In this document: piece by piece, positions 38,552 to 48,094 of the stretch
How positions within the stretch are numbered: the stretch's first letter is position 1
How the letters are laid out: each line of letters opens with the position of its first letter
IMG/VR virus record: IMGVR_UViG_3300005673_000003
Span: 64,001 to 128,000 of that record
DNA: 64,000 nt
Reading direction: 5' to 3' (one strand)
Source: a virus
Position numbers and translations under genes: made by a program
Notes under the pieces: generated by a model
Database searches by the model: none
What the model was told of the DNA's origin: nothing
The model's input: only the letters and a program-made list of their open reading frames with translations

Positions 38552-39874
38552 TTAATCAGCTTCGGTATCGGTTTCATTGCTGTTATCCTGCTTATCGTCA
38601 TTCCCGCCAGCATTGGATTGATCCTGTTGTTGCTGGGGATTTGGCTCCCCGTCAATCGACCCATTCACGAAGCGGTCAACCTCCACTGGGTCAACATCTC
38701 GACTCGATCGAACTTCATTAAGCGTCAGGATGCCTGCTTGGTAATCTTCTCGCGTCTCAGCTCTCAGTTCCGCTTCGCTGCGCGGCTCTTTGTAAATCCG
38801 CTTATATTGAAAATCTGGGATGTAGAAATCTACAACTTCTTCCGCCAACCCCTCGTCTATCGTTTGAGCGACGGGTACGATTGCTGACTGAAAGGTTTTA
38901 TCAGCCGAGGCTCCAGCAGTAGCACGATTATCATGCTCGACCACGTTCATATCGCGGTTCGTCAATGAGAAACACATTGCAATAATCTGCAGGAGGTATT
39001 GGCAGTACAACTGATACAATCCAGTATCATTCGCGGCCCCAGCCTTTAGAACCGATGGCTGACCTGGGCCGCCAAAGATCATTTTCTTTTTGTTCCCAAC
39101 TACCTCAACCTGCCAGTACTCGCGAAAAGCGTCTAGCTGCCCCGAATTCACATCTCCCAGGAATAACATATACTCCTGGACTGCATTACTGGTTGTAGTT
39201 TGCTGGTAATCTGAAAGCCCCAGCCACGCATTAATAATGTTAAATGCAATCTCCAGAGGCGACGGAGGGACTGCCTCATAGCTATTCACATTATTCACCA
39301 GCATGAACATATTTTCGGACATGATCGGCACTGGCTCTTTACTCTTGCCGTAATCCAGGAATTTAGGCACTACCCCTTCCCTTTGGGGAGTCCAGTCCTT
39401 GTTGAGCCTAATCATGGCAGAGTTAGCAGGCCATAGCCAAAACGGACGCTCCGGATCTCCGGTTCCCTGCCGCTCGATGCAGGCGTAGTTGATTGTCAGC
39501 AGATCATCCGCGATCGCGGCCTGGAATGCCCGATTAGTATTCAATGTGGCATCCGCATTTGGCTTCTGAAGTGCCCTGGTTGCGTACTTGGCAACCTGAA
39601 TGGCTGCTTCATTTTTCTTCAGTTCCATTGGCGGATTGATTACCCACGGCATTCTCAAAATGCCGTCTGTAATCTGTTTGATTGCTGAAAAAGCTGGAGG
39701 AGTCCTGGTGAATCGACGGAGTTGCTCGTACCTTACCCGCTCCAAGTTTGAGATAGGCCGGAGCAAATCTTTTGGCTGAGCAAACGGGTATAAGCTGCTC
39801 CGGGTGACAACCGGGTATAAAGTTCCCATCGGGAGCGTATTGCTGATTCTTTCGGGTGCTTGCTGCTCTGCCAT
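38552..39874 (-). CDS. Phage portal protein
   Basis: SPLEIA, IAMCF, GILTLNEVR (HK97-type portal motifs). Confidence 0.85.
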   Translation of the reverse strand: MAEQQAPERISNTLPMGTLYPVVTRSSLYPFAQPKDLLRPISNLERVRYEQLRRFTRTPPAFSAIKQITDGILRMPWVINPPMELKKNEAAIQVAKYATRALQKPNADATLNTNRAFQAAIADDLLTINYACIERQGTGDPERPFWLWPANSAMIRLNKDWTPQREGVVPKFLDYGKSKEPVPIMSENMFMLVNNVNSYEAVPPSPLEIAFNIINAWLGLSDYQQTTTSNAVQEYMLFLGDVNSGQLDAFREYWQVEVVGNKKKMIFGGPGQPSVLKAGAANDTGLYQLYCQYLLQIIAMCFSLTNRDMNVVEHDNRATAGASADKTFQSAIVPVAQTIDEGLAEEVVDFYIPDFQYKRIYKEPRSEAELRAETREDYQAGILTLNEVRSSRDVDPVEVDRFVNGSIDGEPNPQQQQDQSNAGGNDDKQDNSNETDTEAD

Positions 39875-39913
39875 AAAAGATTGGATCCATTAATAATTAA
39901 TTGATTACCAGGA

Positions 39914-40162
39914 CTAGATAACTGAAGTAACCTCCAGGTAAACTCGTCTACCTGGCTCTAAATCATCAAATACTCTGCCAATCTGATTCCTTCTAAGAAA
40001 TTCCCGGTATTGCTTCGGATTAGCCCCCCTGCGGCCCATAAAGAAGGGTAGTGGGGTGCCATCGTAGGTAGCCGGACTAATCTCGGAATTACTTAGCGGA
40101 TAGCCGTAAAATGATACCGGAGAGGGGATTTTAGATTGAGTGCTAACATCGAGAACGCCCAT
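39914..40162 (-). CDS. Small hypothetical protein (possibly tail-X/LysM-like)
   Basis: RRNQI...DLEPGRRVY. Confidence 0.35.
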   Translation of the reverse strand: MGVLDVSTQSKIPSPVSFYGYPLSNSEISPATYDGTPLPFFMGRRGANPKQYREFLRRNQIGRVFDDLEPGRRVYLEVTSVI

Positions 40163-40181
40163 AGACTGATTATTTAATTCC

Positions 40182-40442
40182 TTGGATGTATCTACAATTT
40201 CAGTATTTCAAGCTTATTCTAGAATGCAAGCCCCCGGTGGAATATGGAATATGAAAGACCCCGAAAAGATTGCAACAGCTATCCTTGATGATTGCCATGT
40301 TCCCATTGGAGGACTGCGAGAATCCCTGAAGCAAAAAATAATCACAGCAATCCGAAGCGATCGCTGTGATTCTAATGAATACATTCAGATGCGGATGGCA
40401 GAGTTTAGGATGATGGTTGAAAAAGCTTTGCAGGATCAATAA
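40182..40442 (+). CDS. Small hypothetical protein
   Basis: Fills the gap; start probably at MKDPE. Confidence 0.35.
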   Translation: MDVSTISVFQAYSRMQAPGGIWNMKDPEKIATAILDDCHVPIGGLRESLKQKIITAIRSDRCDSNEYIQMRMAEFRMMVEKALQDQ

Positions 40443-41125
40443 GGCTGCCCATAATTCTTCGCGCAAGTCTTGCCGTAGCCAACCTCTTTAGAGCGGTCAT
40501 CCGTCAGCTTCCGGCAGCAAAAGCAGCATCGACCGGATGATTTGCCGTACTCAGCGGCTACCTTGGCAGGATTAGCAGCGAACTCGACCAAAAGCTCTTT
40601 TACGTCATCGGTACATTTTGCAGTAGGGAGCAGAACCCCATCGGGCATGATCTTACCCAGATATTCCCCATCTGCAGATTTCAGATAGATAGCCCCAGGA
40701 TTCTTACTATTCAGCTTTGCCAGGGATAGGCTGATTTCTAAGCCAGCTTTGGTTGCAAGCGCGATCGACGGATTCTTAAGCTTGGCCCCAGCGAAGCTGA
40801 ATAACTCTTTAATCTTAAGTAAGCTGGCAGCTCCCCCCAGATCAGTTCCCTTTGGAACGGGCTTAGCGGCCTGATTAGCTTCAGCAAGCTTCTCGTTCGC
40901 AAGCTTATGCAGCCAGCCCAGTTGATAGTAGGAAAGCTCTCTGGTGCCATGAATAAACTCACTGCAAAGCTTTCGAGCGAAGTCTCCGGTTAGAGACTTG
41001 CAGATCTGGTAAGCTTCAAGGTCACTCATTACAGCTTTCACGACTTCCCCGTTCTTAAGGGTGAACTCGCGAGGTTGAGCGGATTGCTTAGCAGCGGCTT
41101 CCAGCTCAGGGCAGTAAACGGTCAT
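40436..41125 (-). CDS. DUF6011-containing protein
   Basis: CCFCCRKLTDDRSKEVGYGKTCA. Confidence 0.75.
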   Translation of the reverse strand: MTVYCPELEAAAKQSAQPREFTLKNGEVVKAVMSDLEAYQICKSLTGDFARKLCSEFIHGTRELSYYQLGWLHKLANEKLAEANQAAKPVPKGTDLGGAASLLKIKELFSFAGAKLKNPSIALATKAGLEISLSLAKLNSKNPGAIYLKSADGEYLGKIMPDGVLLPTAKCTDDVKELLVEFAANPAKVAAEYGKSSGRCCFCCRKLTDDRSKEVGYGKTCAKNYGQPY

Positions 41126-41166
41126 AGGTCTTCACTCCGAAAATCGATTGATTATTGCTTAATCCA

Positions 41167-41212
41167 AAGATAGCCGCTCCCTCTGGAAAATGTCAATATC
41201 TATCAATCTATT
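41167..41212 (-). promoter_or_regulatory. Early promoter copy 6
   Basis: AGATTGATAGATA-TTGACA-18 nt-TATCTT. Confidence 0.7.
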
Positions 41213-41243
41213 TCCTGGGTAGAGCTGTAAAACCCTATCAAAG

Positions 41244-41417
41244 CTAGCTTTCGGGCTTCTCTTTATGCTGTAAAGCTGCTTTCAGGGGGATCTTAATGAT
41301 CTTGCTTGGGGTGCCCTGGTGGTCAGTCCCTACCATGAGAGGGGTGAGTTTGGCACGCCTTTCGATTTCTTCAAGGAGAGCAGGCGGCAGGGGATTAGAG
41401 GGGTCAGAGTACGGCAT
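41244..41417 (-). CDS. Small hypothetical protein (57 aa, MPYSDPSNPL...); below the ORF-track cutoff
   Basis: Translated by hand; fills the operon gap. Confidence 0.4.
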   Translation of the reverse strand: MPYSDPSNPLPPALLEEIERRAKLTPLMVGTDHQGTPSKIIKIPLKAALQHKEKPES

Positions 41418-41430
41418 ATTTAATTTGAAT

Positions 41431-41676
41431 TTAATTTGAAGTCGATTCCATGATCAGCAAGCTAGCCAGGAGGCCGATGATGATCCCGACAAGGAAAAAG
41501 ATGTCGGGTATCAGTAGGTTCCCTATCAGCAATAGGATAGCAGCGCAGAGAATAAGTATCGGATATTTTAGCCAGCGCTTCTTTTTAACCAACTGAGCGG
41601 CTAGTAAAGCGGCTAAGCCTCCCAGCTCTCCGACTATAAAACCCATACAAAAGGCGAAAATATGTAATCCAATCAC
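41431..41676 (-). CDS. Small multi-pass membrane protein
   Basis: Two to three hydrophobic helices, GGAG RBS. Confidence 0.55.
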   Translation of the reverse strand: MIGLHIFAFCMGFIVGELGGLAALLAAQLVKKKRWLKYPILILCAAILLLIGNLLIPDIFFLVGIIIGLLASLLIMESTSN

Positions 41677-41698
41677 TCTATTTCTCCGATTGGTTCAA

Positions 41699-42058
41699 TT
41701 ACTCCAGGGCTTCTCTCCACGCTTCGTCTGTCGGCTCCTTGAGGACTCCCAGTTTATGAAATACGATTAGCTGCAAGTCTCGCGCTCCCCGGCAGATCCT
41801 TTCCTCTGGCTGCCCGGAAAGAGCTGGGGCATGACAAAATTGGTTGCTATCATGCATGACTTGATAAACAAGCGCTTCATAGCCAAACTCGCCAAGCTCG
41901 ACTCCCTGCCCATCTCCTCGCCAGGGGCAGGTAGCACACTTTCGAGGCATCACATTATTTGGATCATATTCCTGTTTGCTTGCCTGCACCTCCTTTGGGA
42001 TGCGCGATCGCGCTTTTACAATATCGTGGATTGTGATTCTCTTCTTTTTCCTTACCAT
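41699..42058 (-). CDS. Cys-rich hypothetical protein (DUF6283-like)
   Basis: CATCPWR...FCH...ICRG. Confidence 0.55.
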   Translation of the reverse strand: MVRKKKRITIHDIVKARSRIPKEVQASKQEYDPNNVMPRKCATCPWRGDGQGVELGEFGYEALVYQVMHDSNQFCHAPALSGQPEERICRGARDLQLIVFHKLGVLKEPTDEAWREALE

Positions 42059-42087
42059 GATTGCTCTCCGATTAATTGATTGATTTT

Positions 42088-43893
42088 CTAGAATGCCAAG
42101 CTACCAGCTTTTCGCATATTGTCAACCTCTCGAATCCGCTGCTTCAAGTCGTATATCTTTGCTGCTAGCTCATCGTCTCCATTTTCAATCCATTGGGCCT
42201 GTAGCTCCTCAAGCTCTGCCTGCAGCCCTACCTTTTCAAGCTGGCAGATGCAGAGCAGGACAAGCGGCATTGCTGATTCGATATTCTCAGCCTCGGCATC
42301 CGGCATCAGCTCTTTGGGGCATCCCTTCTCCTGGATTGCTAGCCATTGGGCAAATAGATTTGAGCTGCCCTGAGCTTCTATCTCCAGGATTTGCTCCCAA
42401 TCCCCTGCCCTGGCTGTAAATCCAACCTGATACCCTTCGAGCATGGATCGAAACTCTTCCCGAATATCAGGGCAATGCAGGTAAACCTGAAGCAGCTTCA
42501 ATTCCGCTTTTTCTAAATGTCCAGATTTCTGAATTTTTAGATTTTTAGATTTCTGTCTATTCCCCCTTAAGTGATTGGATAAATCCTCTTCTAATCGCCT
42601 GACCAGTGCGGGTTTACCGCGCCCCAGTTTTTCAGCGCACCTCCTCAAGGCATTGGAGCGATTGGCAGCATCTGGCAGGGATTTAAGAAGCTCCACCGTA
42701 TCGCGACTGGCTTGCTGGAAGCTCGACACATCATCCAAGTCTTTGTCGCTGATAATCCGGCCCAGCTTCCAATCAAACCAGGATTGAGCTTCCATGATTA
42801 GCTGCTGAAGCTCCTCGATTGGATGCTGGGATAGAAATTCGTCGGGATCTTTCCCTGCAAGCGTCAGCACGCTCACCGATACCTGTCCAGCCTGAATCAG
42901 GGGGGAAGCTTCGGTCAGTACCCTGCCTACCGCTCCCTGCCCTGCCTTGTCGCTATCAAAGAGCAGTAGGAATCTCTTGGAGGTAGTATGCCGAATCGCT
43001 TGCCGGATATGCCCGATAGACAGGGAGGTACCCATCGAAGCAACTACATTTTTGACTCCGGCCCGGTGCATTGCTATGACATCAAACTGGCCTTCGGTAA
43101 AAATCACTTGCTCAGCTTTGGCGATCGCCTCCACTGCCCGATGCATTCCAAATAAGTATCTCCCTTTCTGAAAAATCTCTGTCTCCGCGCTATGCAAGTA
43201 CTTCGGGCTATCTTCTGGCGTGATAGCTCTGCCGCTGAACCCCACTACTCGGCTATGCTCATCAAGCAGTGGGATAATCAATCGATTCCTGAAAAAGTCG
43301 AATGCTCTCCCATCCTTACTGGATGCCAGGGATGCTTTTTGCAGCAACTCCAATGAAAAGCCTTTCTGCTTCAGGTGGTCAAGCAACCCCTGCCAGCTCT
43401 TAGGAGCAAACCCCAGCCGCCACTCGCTTATCTCCTTGATGTTGGTTTTTCTCGACATCAAGTATTGCCAGGACGGGGAATTGTTAGCCTGCTCCCGTCG
43501 CAACTGCATCTGGAACCAGATACAAGCTGCTTCATTCATCTCGAATAACCGTTTTTGGAGGAGCAGCTTTTCCTTCAGCGCTTGCTCATCCTCTGCATCC
43601 TGCAACCGGATCTCAATCTGGTATCTTTCAGCCAGGTGCAGAACTGCATCGGCAAAGCTCATCCGGTTAGTGTCTTGGATAAACCGGAGGGCATCGCCAC
43701 CCTTGCCGCATCCATGGCAGTAATAGTAATTCTTCGCTGGATTGACGGTGAATGATGGGGTGCGCTCCTCATGGAACGGGCATAGCCCCTTATGCTCCCT
43801 TCCAGCTTTCTTGAGTACAACCTGTTCCTGGACGATTTCCAGAAGCTCTGCACGCTCCCGAATTTCCGTTAAAGTCTGCTCTGCGAAACGCAT
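42088..43893 (-). CDS. dnaG: DNA primase
   Basis: CHC2 zinc finger CPFH...CHGC, TOPRIM EGQFD / FDSD.AG, KDPDE. Confidence 0.95.
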   Translation of the reverse strand: MRFAEQTLTEIRERAELLEIVQEQVVLKKAGREHKGLCPFHEERTPSFTVNPAKNYYYCHGCGKGGDALRFIQDTNRMSFADAVLHLAERYQIEIRLQDAEDEQALKEKLLLQKRLFEMNEAACIWFQMQLRREQANNSPSWQYLMSRKTNIKEISEWRLGFAPKSWQGLLDHLKQKGFSLELLQKASLASSKDGRAFDFFRNRLIIPLLDEHSRVVGFSGRAITPEDSPKYLHSAETEIFQKGRYLFGMHRAVEAIAKAEQVIFTEGQFDVIAMHRAGVKNVVASMGTSLSIGHIRQAIRHTTSKRFLLLFDSDKAGQGAVGRVLTEASPLIQAGQVSVSVLTLAGKDPDEFLSQHPIEELQQLIMEAQSWFDWKLGRIISDKDLDDVSSFQQASRDTVELLKSLPDAANRSNALRRCAEKLGRGKPALVRRLEEDLSNHLRGNRQKSKNLKIQKSGHLEKAELKLLQVYLHCPDIREEFRSMLEGYQVGFTARAGDWEQILEIEAQGSSNLFAQWLAIQEKGCPKELMPDAEAENIESAMPLVLLCICQLEKVGLQAELEELQAQWIENGDDELAAKIYDLKQRIREVDNMRKAGSLAF

Positions 43894-43927
43894 TTATCCA
43901 TACCGATCGATTGATTGCTTACCCTAT

Positions 43928-43972
43928 ACGGTAGGCTTCCATGCTGAAAATGTCAACATCTATCAATCTTTT
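43928..43972 (-). promoter_or_regulatory. Early promoter copy 7 (dnaG)
   Basis: AAAAGATTGATAGATG-TTGACA-17 nt-TACCGT. Confidence 0.75.
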
Positions 43973-44000
43973 ATGATTTACTGCCAATAATCGATTGATT

Positions 44001-45443
44001 TTAGCTGCTAGGGATGCCTGGAGAGGATGACTCATTGGCAGCAACAGCTCCCTCGATAAATGATGCCCAGATGGAGCGGCCCACAACGCCAGCAGAGCTA
44101 GCTCTCAAGATAAAATCATCTTTACTCTTAAACGGCTGGTAGTTGCGAAGCTTTTTCGCTTGCTGCTCATTGGCTAATCCAAACTTCTCGACAATCTGAG
44201 CATCGGTCACATTCTTATCTGACAGAGCCTTGTTGATTTCGTCCTTTACAAACTGGTCGCGTGCTACCTGATCTGACGCTTTCTGGCCCAGCTTTGCTTG
44301 GAAATAGGCATCCCATTCTGGAGGATTGCTTTGATCTTTGGAGATACCAGAAGCCCCGGATTGCCTCATGGTCAATCCGCAGGCCGCAATCTTGATTAAT
44401 GTCTGAGCTGTAGCCGATCTCCCGAATACTGAGGAATTTCGGCTTAAATCCTGATTGGAGATCGCCTTCTTGATTGCCGCATAGTCAACTTGCAACTGCT
44501 CGACCTGGCTCTTTAAGTCGGCTGGCAGTCCGCCTGTATTCCCGGTCTGAATTGCATCTGCCAATCTGCCGCTATACTTCCCGACACCATTGGTTTTCCC
44601 GGCAATCTCATTGGCGATCGCATCATCCAGCTTGCTCCCCAGTTTTTCCAGCACCTCTTTAGGAATCAAGCCAGCCACAGCCGCTTGCATTAATGCGCTT
44701 GAAGATAGTCCAGCTACCGCACCAATATTGCCAGCCTTATTGCCCTCCAGTAAATTGGTCAATTGCTGGTTCTCTTGAGGGGTAAGACATTTTGCTAAAA
44801 CTGCGGTTGCCGTTGCAATAGTCCCTTGTCGCTCCCGCTCTGCATCGGTGATTTTTTTATTCCATCGGGTTAATTCAGTATCCATTAGCGGTTTAGCAAA
44901 GCGATGTTCCGATTCTTTGCCGCCCAATAGCTCTAAACTTATATCCACCTTTGCATAATGGAAACCTTTGCCACCTGGGAATGGGTGCTCCTTGCTAACT
45001 TTAATTCCCCGGCAAATCAGGGGAGCTACCGATTTAATCTCGCCCTCGGTGTAGAGGAGTGTCGGAGCATTGCCAGTTGCTGGATCAATTTGCTGCAAGG
45101 TCATACAGTTCTCGACCCACTCAGAAATATCTTTATCTGGACTGTAGAACTCCAGCGTCAGATTGAAGTCTCTTGTAGAGATGTTTACAAAGTTACTTCC
45201 AAGCCTTAGTGAATGGCCTTCTTGATTGCGACGGTTTTGTTGCTGAGATTGATCGCTCTTGATGATCCCATTCCCCAGGTTTAGCGGCTTGCCCTTATAC
45301 GGGCCAGATAGAAAAACAATCTTGCAGGGCATTACTCCCTTTGCATAATCCGGCAGGATGATGTCACCGTTTGCTTGCGTAGCTGGGGCCGCTGCTTCGG
45401 AGGTTGGTTTGGGAGAATTGGGAGGCTTAAAGAAGTTGACCAT
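44001..45443 (-). CDS. Putative tail tube-initiator/baseplate protein
   Basis: N-terminal RDFNLTLEF...AKVDISLE resembles contractile-tail tube-initiator domains. Confidence 0.45.
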   Translation of the reverse strand: MVNFFKPPNSPKPTSEAAAPATQANGDIILPDYAKGVMPCKIVFLSGPYKGKPLNLGNGIIKSDQSQQQNRRNQEGHSLRLGSNFVNISTRDFNLTLEFYSPDKDISEWVENCMTLQQIDPATGNAPTLLYTEGEIKSVAPLICRGIKVSKEHPFPGGKGFHYAKVDISLELLGGKESEHRFAKPLMDTELTRWNKKITDAERERQGTIATATAVLAKCLTPQENQQLTNLLEGNKAGNIGAVAGLSSSALMQAAVAGLIPKEVLEKLGSKLDDAIANEIAGKTNGVGKYSGRLADAIQTGNTGGLPADLKSQVEQLQVDYAAIKKAISNQDLSRNSSVFGRSATAQTLIKIAACGLTMRQSGASGISKDQSNPPEWDAYFQAKLGQKASDQVARDQFVKDEINKALSDKNVTDAQIVEKFGLANEQQAKKLRNYQPFKSKDDFILRASSAGVVGRSIWASFIEGAVAANESSSPGIPSS

Positions 45444-45518
45444 GCCTTGATTATCGCATCAAACAAAAAGGTTGCCTTTGTCGGGCAACCCTATGCAAGC
45501 CTGTCATAACTTGGTTAC

Positions 45519-46061
45519 TTAATTATGATCGTAAAAATCGTAATTGTGAATTCCATGCTGACGATTTTCGTTTGAATCAAATGGAGCACCATCTTTTAAG
45601 AGTTTCTGCCAGTAGGAAACTGCCTCAGCTAAAAACTTGTCACGACTCTCATCCCCCTGCCCGAACAATAGTATTTCTGCATTTACAAGTGGCGGCAGTA
45701 TCGCCTTAAGAAATTCGTAGACTCTACCCAGGAAAATATTAATAGCCTCAGGCTTTACAATCGCTAAAAATATCCCTCCCTCGTTATACGCTGCTGGCAC
45801 TCCTTTGACAGCAAAATGAACCTTTTCAAGCTGATCTTCCATAAATGAAGGAGATAACTCAGTTGCTTCTAGCCAGAAGCTCTTGCAAGCGGATGCAGAA
45901 GCTTGAGTGACCCGAACCTGATTCTTGGCAGACATGACAATCGACCAATTGGCAGGGATGGAGTTAAATGGGCCGGAGTTTTTAATCGGCTCTTTTTTCT
46001 GCTTCTTAATTCTTTTGCCCTTGATTACCCCACCATCAAATCTGTAAGTAAATTGAGCCAT
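45519..46061 (-). CDS. Hypothetical early protein
   Basis: Leader motif upstream. Confidence 0.55.
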   Translation of the reverse strand: MAQFTYRFDGGVIKGKRIKKQKKEPIKNSGPFNSIPANWSIVMSAKNQVRVTQASASACKSFWLEATELSPSFMEDQLEKVHFAVKGVPAAYNEGGIFLAIVKPEAINIFLGRVYEFLKAILPPLVNAEILLFGQGDESRDKFLAEAVSYWQKLLKDGAPFDSNENRQHGIHNYDFYDHN

Positions 46062-46084
46062 ATTGCCTACTGGAAATCGATTGA

Positions 46085-46738
46085 TTATTGACTTCGGATA
46101 ACTCCAAGCTCCATCCCATCCAAGCTTAGCGCTTCTATCTTCTTAAGTTTCCACCCTCTTGAGGTAGACTTAAAGCCAAATGAAACGCCAGCCGATACCG
46201 GATGAAGTAAGCTACGAGCGGCTACGTATCGCGGCCAGCGATTCCCCCCACCTGGCCCAACAGGAACCATGTACAAGCTTTGATTCTCTGCCAGGATTGG
46301 ATAGATTCTATTCCCGCGATAATCGCTAAGAGTCGCGATATAGAGCTTTTCACCCCAGAATAAATGCCTGGAAATTGCCGTTCTCATGAGCTTATTTAGC
46401 TCATCAGTTAAAGCTTCTTCTTCCCCAGGAGAAAACGTTTTCTGCGGATCTAGTTGAATTTCTAATCCACTGCAAATCACTTCGATTTTGCTATCTGCAA
46501 TTAACTGCACCTGCACAGAAAAGGGGAACTGATGCCCCTTGAATAATCGATTGATAAATGATTTGCAATCCCCTAAAGTTCCGGTTTTTACAGCTTTCGC
46601 CGCAAACCCTTCTCTAGTTTTATACTTGCGTATTGGGATCTTCACCATGTAAACGGTTTTATCGCCTCTAAAATCCTGATGGATGCTTAAGAAACGATGC
46701 TCCTGGACATAATAAATGATGTCCGTCTTGCTAATCAC
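46085..46738 (-). CDS. Hypothetical early protein
   Basis: Follows promoter copy 8. Confidence 0.55.
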   Translation of the reverse strand: MISKTDIIYYVQEHRFLSIHQDFRGDKTVYMVKIPIRKYKTREGFAAKAVKTGTLGDCKSFINRLFKGHQFPFSVQVQLIADSKIEVICSGLEIQLDPQKTFSPGEEEALTDELNKLMRTAISRHLFWGEKLYIATLSDYRGNRIYPILAENQSLYMVPVGPGGGNRWPRYVAARSLLHPVSAGVSFGFKSTSRGWKLKKIEALSLDGMELGVIRSQ

Positions 46739-46767
46739 GAGAGTTAACCGATTGATTATTTAGCCTA

Positions 46768-46814
46768 ATTCTATTGAGCTGATTATTTTTTGTCAATATC
46801 TATCAATCTTTTTT
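46768..46814 (-). promoter_or_regulatory. Early promoter copy 8
   Basis: AAAAGATTGATAGATA-TTGACA-17 nt-TAGAAT. Confidence 0.8.
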
Positions 46815-46815
46815 G

Positions 46816-48081
46816 TCAACGGCTTCTAGCCGGATGCCAAAATGCTTTTGTTGATAGGTATAGAAAATCTGTGCCGGGATTGCTTGGATCAGAGCGAATC
46901 CGAATTTGATAATTAGTATTTGTGACCAGCAATCGCTCAAAATAATCAGACGGATTTAAGTATCCTGCTGTCACCGCGTTCAGCCCCCCATTTACTTCTT
47001 GATCCGCTTGAGCTGGATCAGAGATATAGATAGCGCTATTACTTGAAGCAGGATAATATTGGCCGAATACTTGCACCTCGCAATTAAGCCCTGGAGGTAC
47101 GCTGACGTGAACCAGAGTCGCTGTAGTTGGCACCGAAGCAGAATAATTGATGAAATGATTGACCCACGTACACTTAGAGCCATTCTGAACAAAATCAACA
47201 ATGCTTCCGGCTGCATCGGTAGCGATCGACCAGATTAACGCACAATTCCAGCCGCTAGGAGCATCGCTTGCGTCAATAGACTCACTGAATCCGAAATCAA
47301 CCGCGCTCCTATCAGCCTTCTGCATTGCAAAGCAGTGATACCACGTATAGGCAGCGATACTCCCAGAGAATAGCCCTCCATTTCCCGAACCCTCTGCCCA
47401 GGTTGCATCTAAGCGCTTCACGATAGGGGAAGGAAACGCAACTATTCGGTCATGCACCCAGGCAGAGCCAGATGAAAAATCAAGTCTGGTTTCTGGGTAA
47501 GTCGCATTCCTACTGGCGGTCAATCCGTAAATAAATCCAGCTACCGGAGCGTTATAGTTAACAGATCCAGAATTAGCGTCAACGTAGCCCTTTGTAGCGG
47601 CATCGGATGCTTCTACAGGGGTTGCCAGATCTATGATCTTCTTGCTCCCTACGCTTAGATCAGAGGTTGGAGTAGCAAATTGATCCAATCTTAAAGCGGC
47701 TGCAACCGATTGGACGGATGGGGAGAAATCAGAAAGCTTTGAAGCGGTCAGAGTGGGAATATCAGCGGCGGCTAGCGTCCCTCCTGCTGTTACCCTGCCC
47801 TTTTCATCGACATTGATTTTCGTGTAAGTTCCAGGCGTTACGCCTGTATTTTCAAGCGCTAAGTCGATGGCATGGGTAACAGCATTGTAGGTGCCCGTTG
47901 CATCCCCAGTTATCGCAAACCCGGTAAAAGGCCGGAAGATAGTTGCAGTCGCTTCATCGGAATTGATTGCCGCAAGCTGGCTCCCGCCATTCTGGATGAG
48001 CAATTGCCCAAAGCGAGGGGTTGTAGGCAGGGTGGCCCCAGCGCTTCTTTTTAGCAGTACTTCTAAATTCAGGGTAGTCAT
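46816..48081 (-). CDS. Tail fibre protein
   Basis: GVTPGTYTKINVDEKGRV fibre repeat, DAATKGYVD. Confidence 0.75.
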   Translation of the reverse strand: MTTLNLEVLLKRSAGATLPTTPRFGQLLIQNGGSQLAAINSDEATATIFRPFTGFAITGDATGTYNAVTHAIDLALENTGVTPGTYTKINVDEKGRVTAGGTLAAADIPTLTASKLSDFSPSVQSVAAALRLDQFATPTSDLSVGSKKIIDLATPVEASDAATKGYVDANSGSVNYNAPVAGFIYGLTASRNATYPETRLDFSSGSAWVHDRIVAFPSPIVKRLDATWAEGSGNGGLFSGSIAAYTWYHCFAMQKADRSAVDFGFSESIDASDAPSGWNCALIWSIATDAAGSIVDFVQNGSKCTWVNHFINYSASVPTTATLVHVSVPPGLNCEVQVFGQYYPASSNSAIYISDPAQADQEVNGGLNAVTAGYLNPSDYFERLLVTNTNYQIRIRSDPSNPGTDFLYLSTKAFWHPARSR

Positions 48082-48094
48082 TAATCAATCAATT

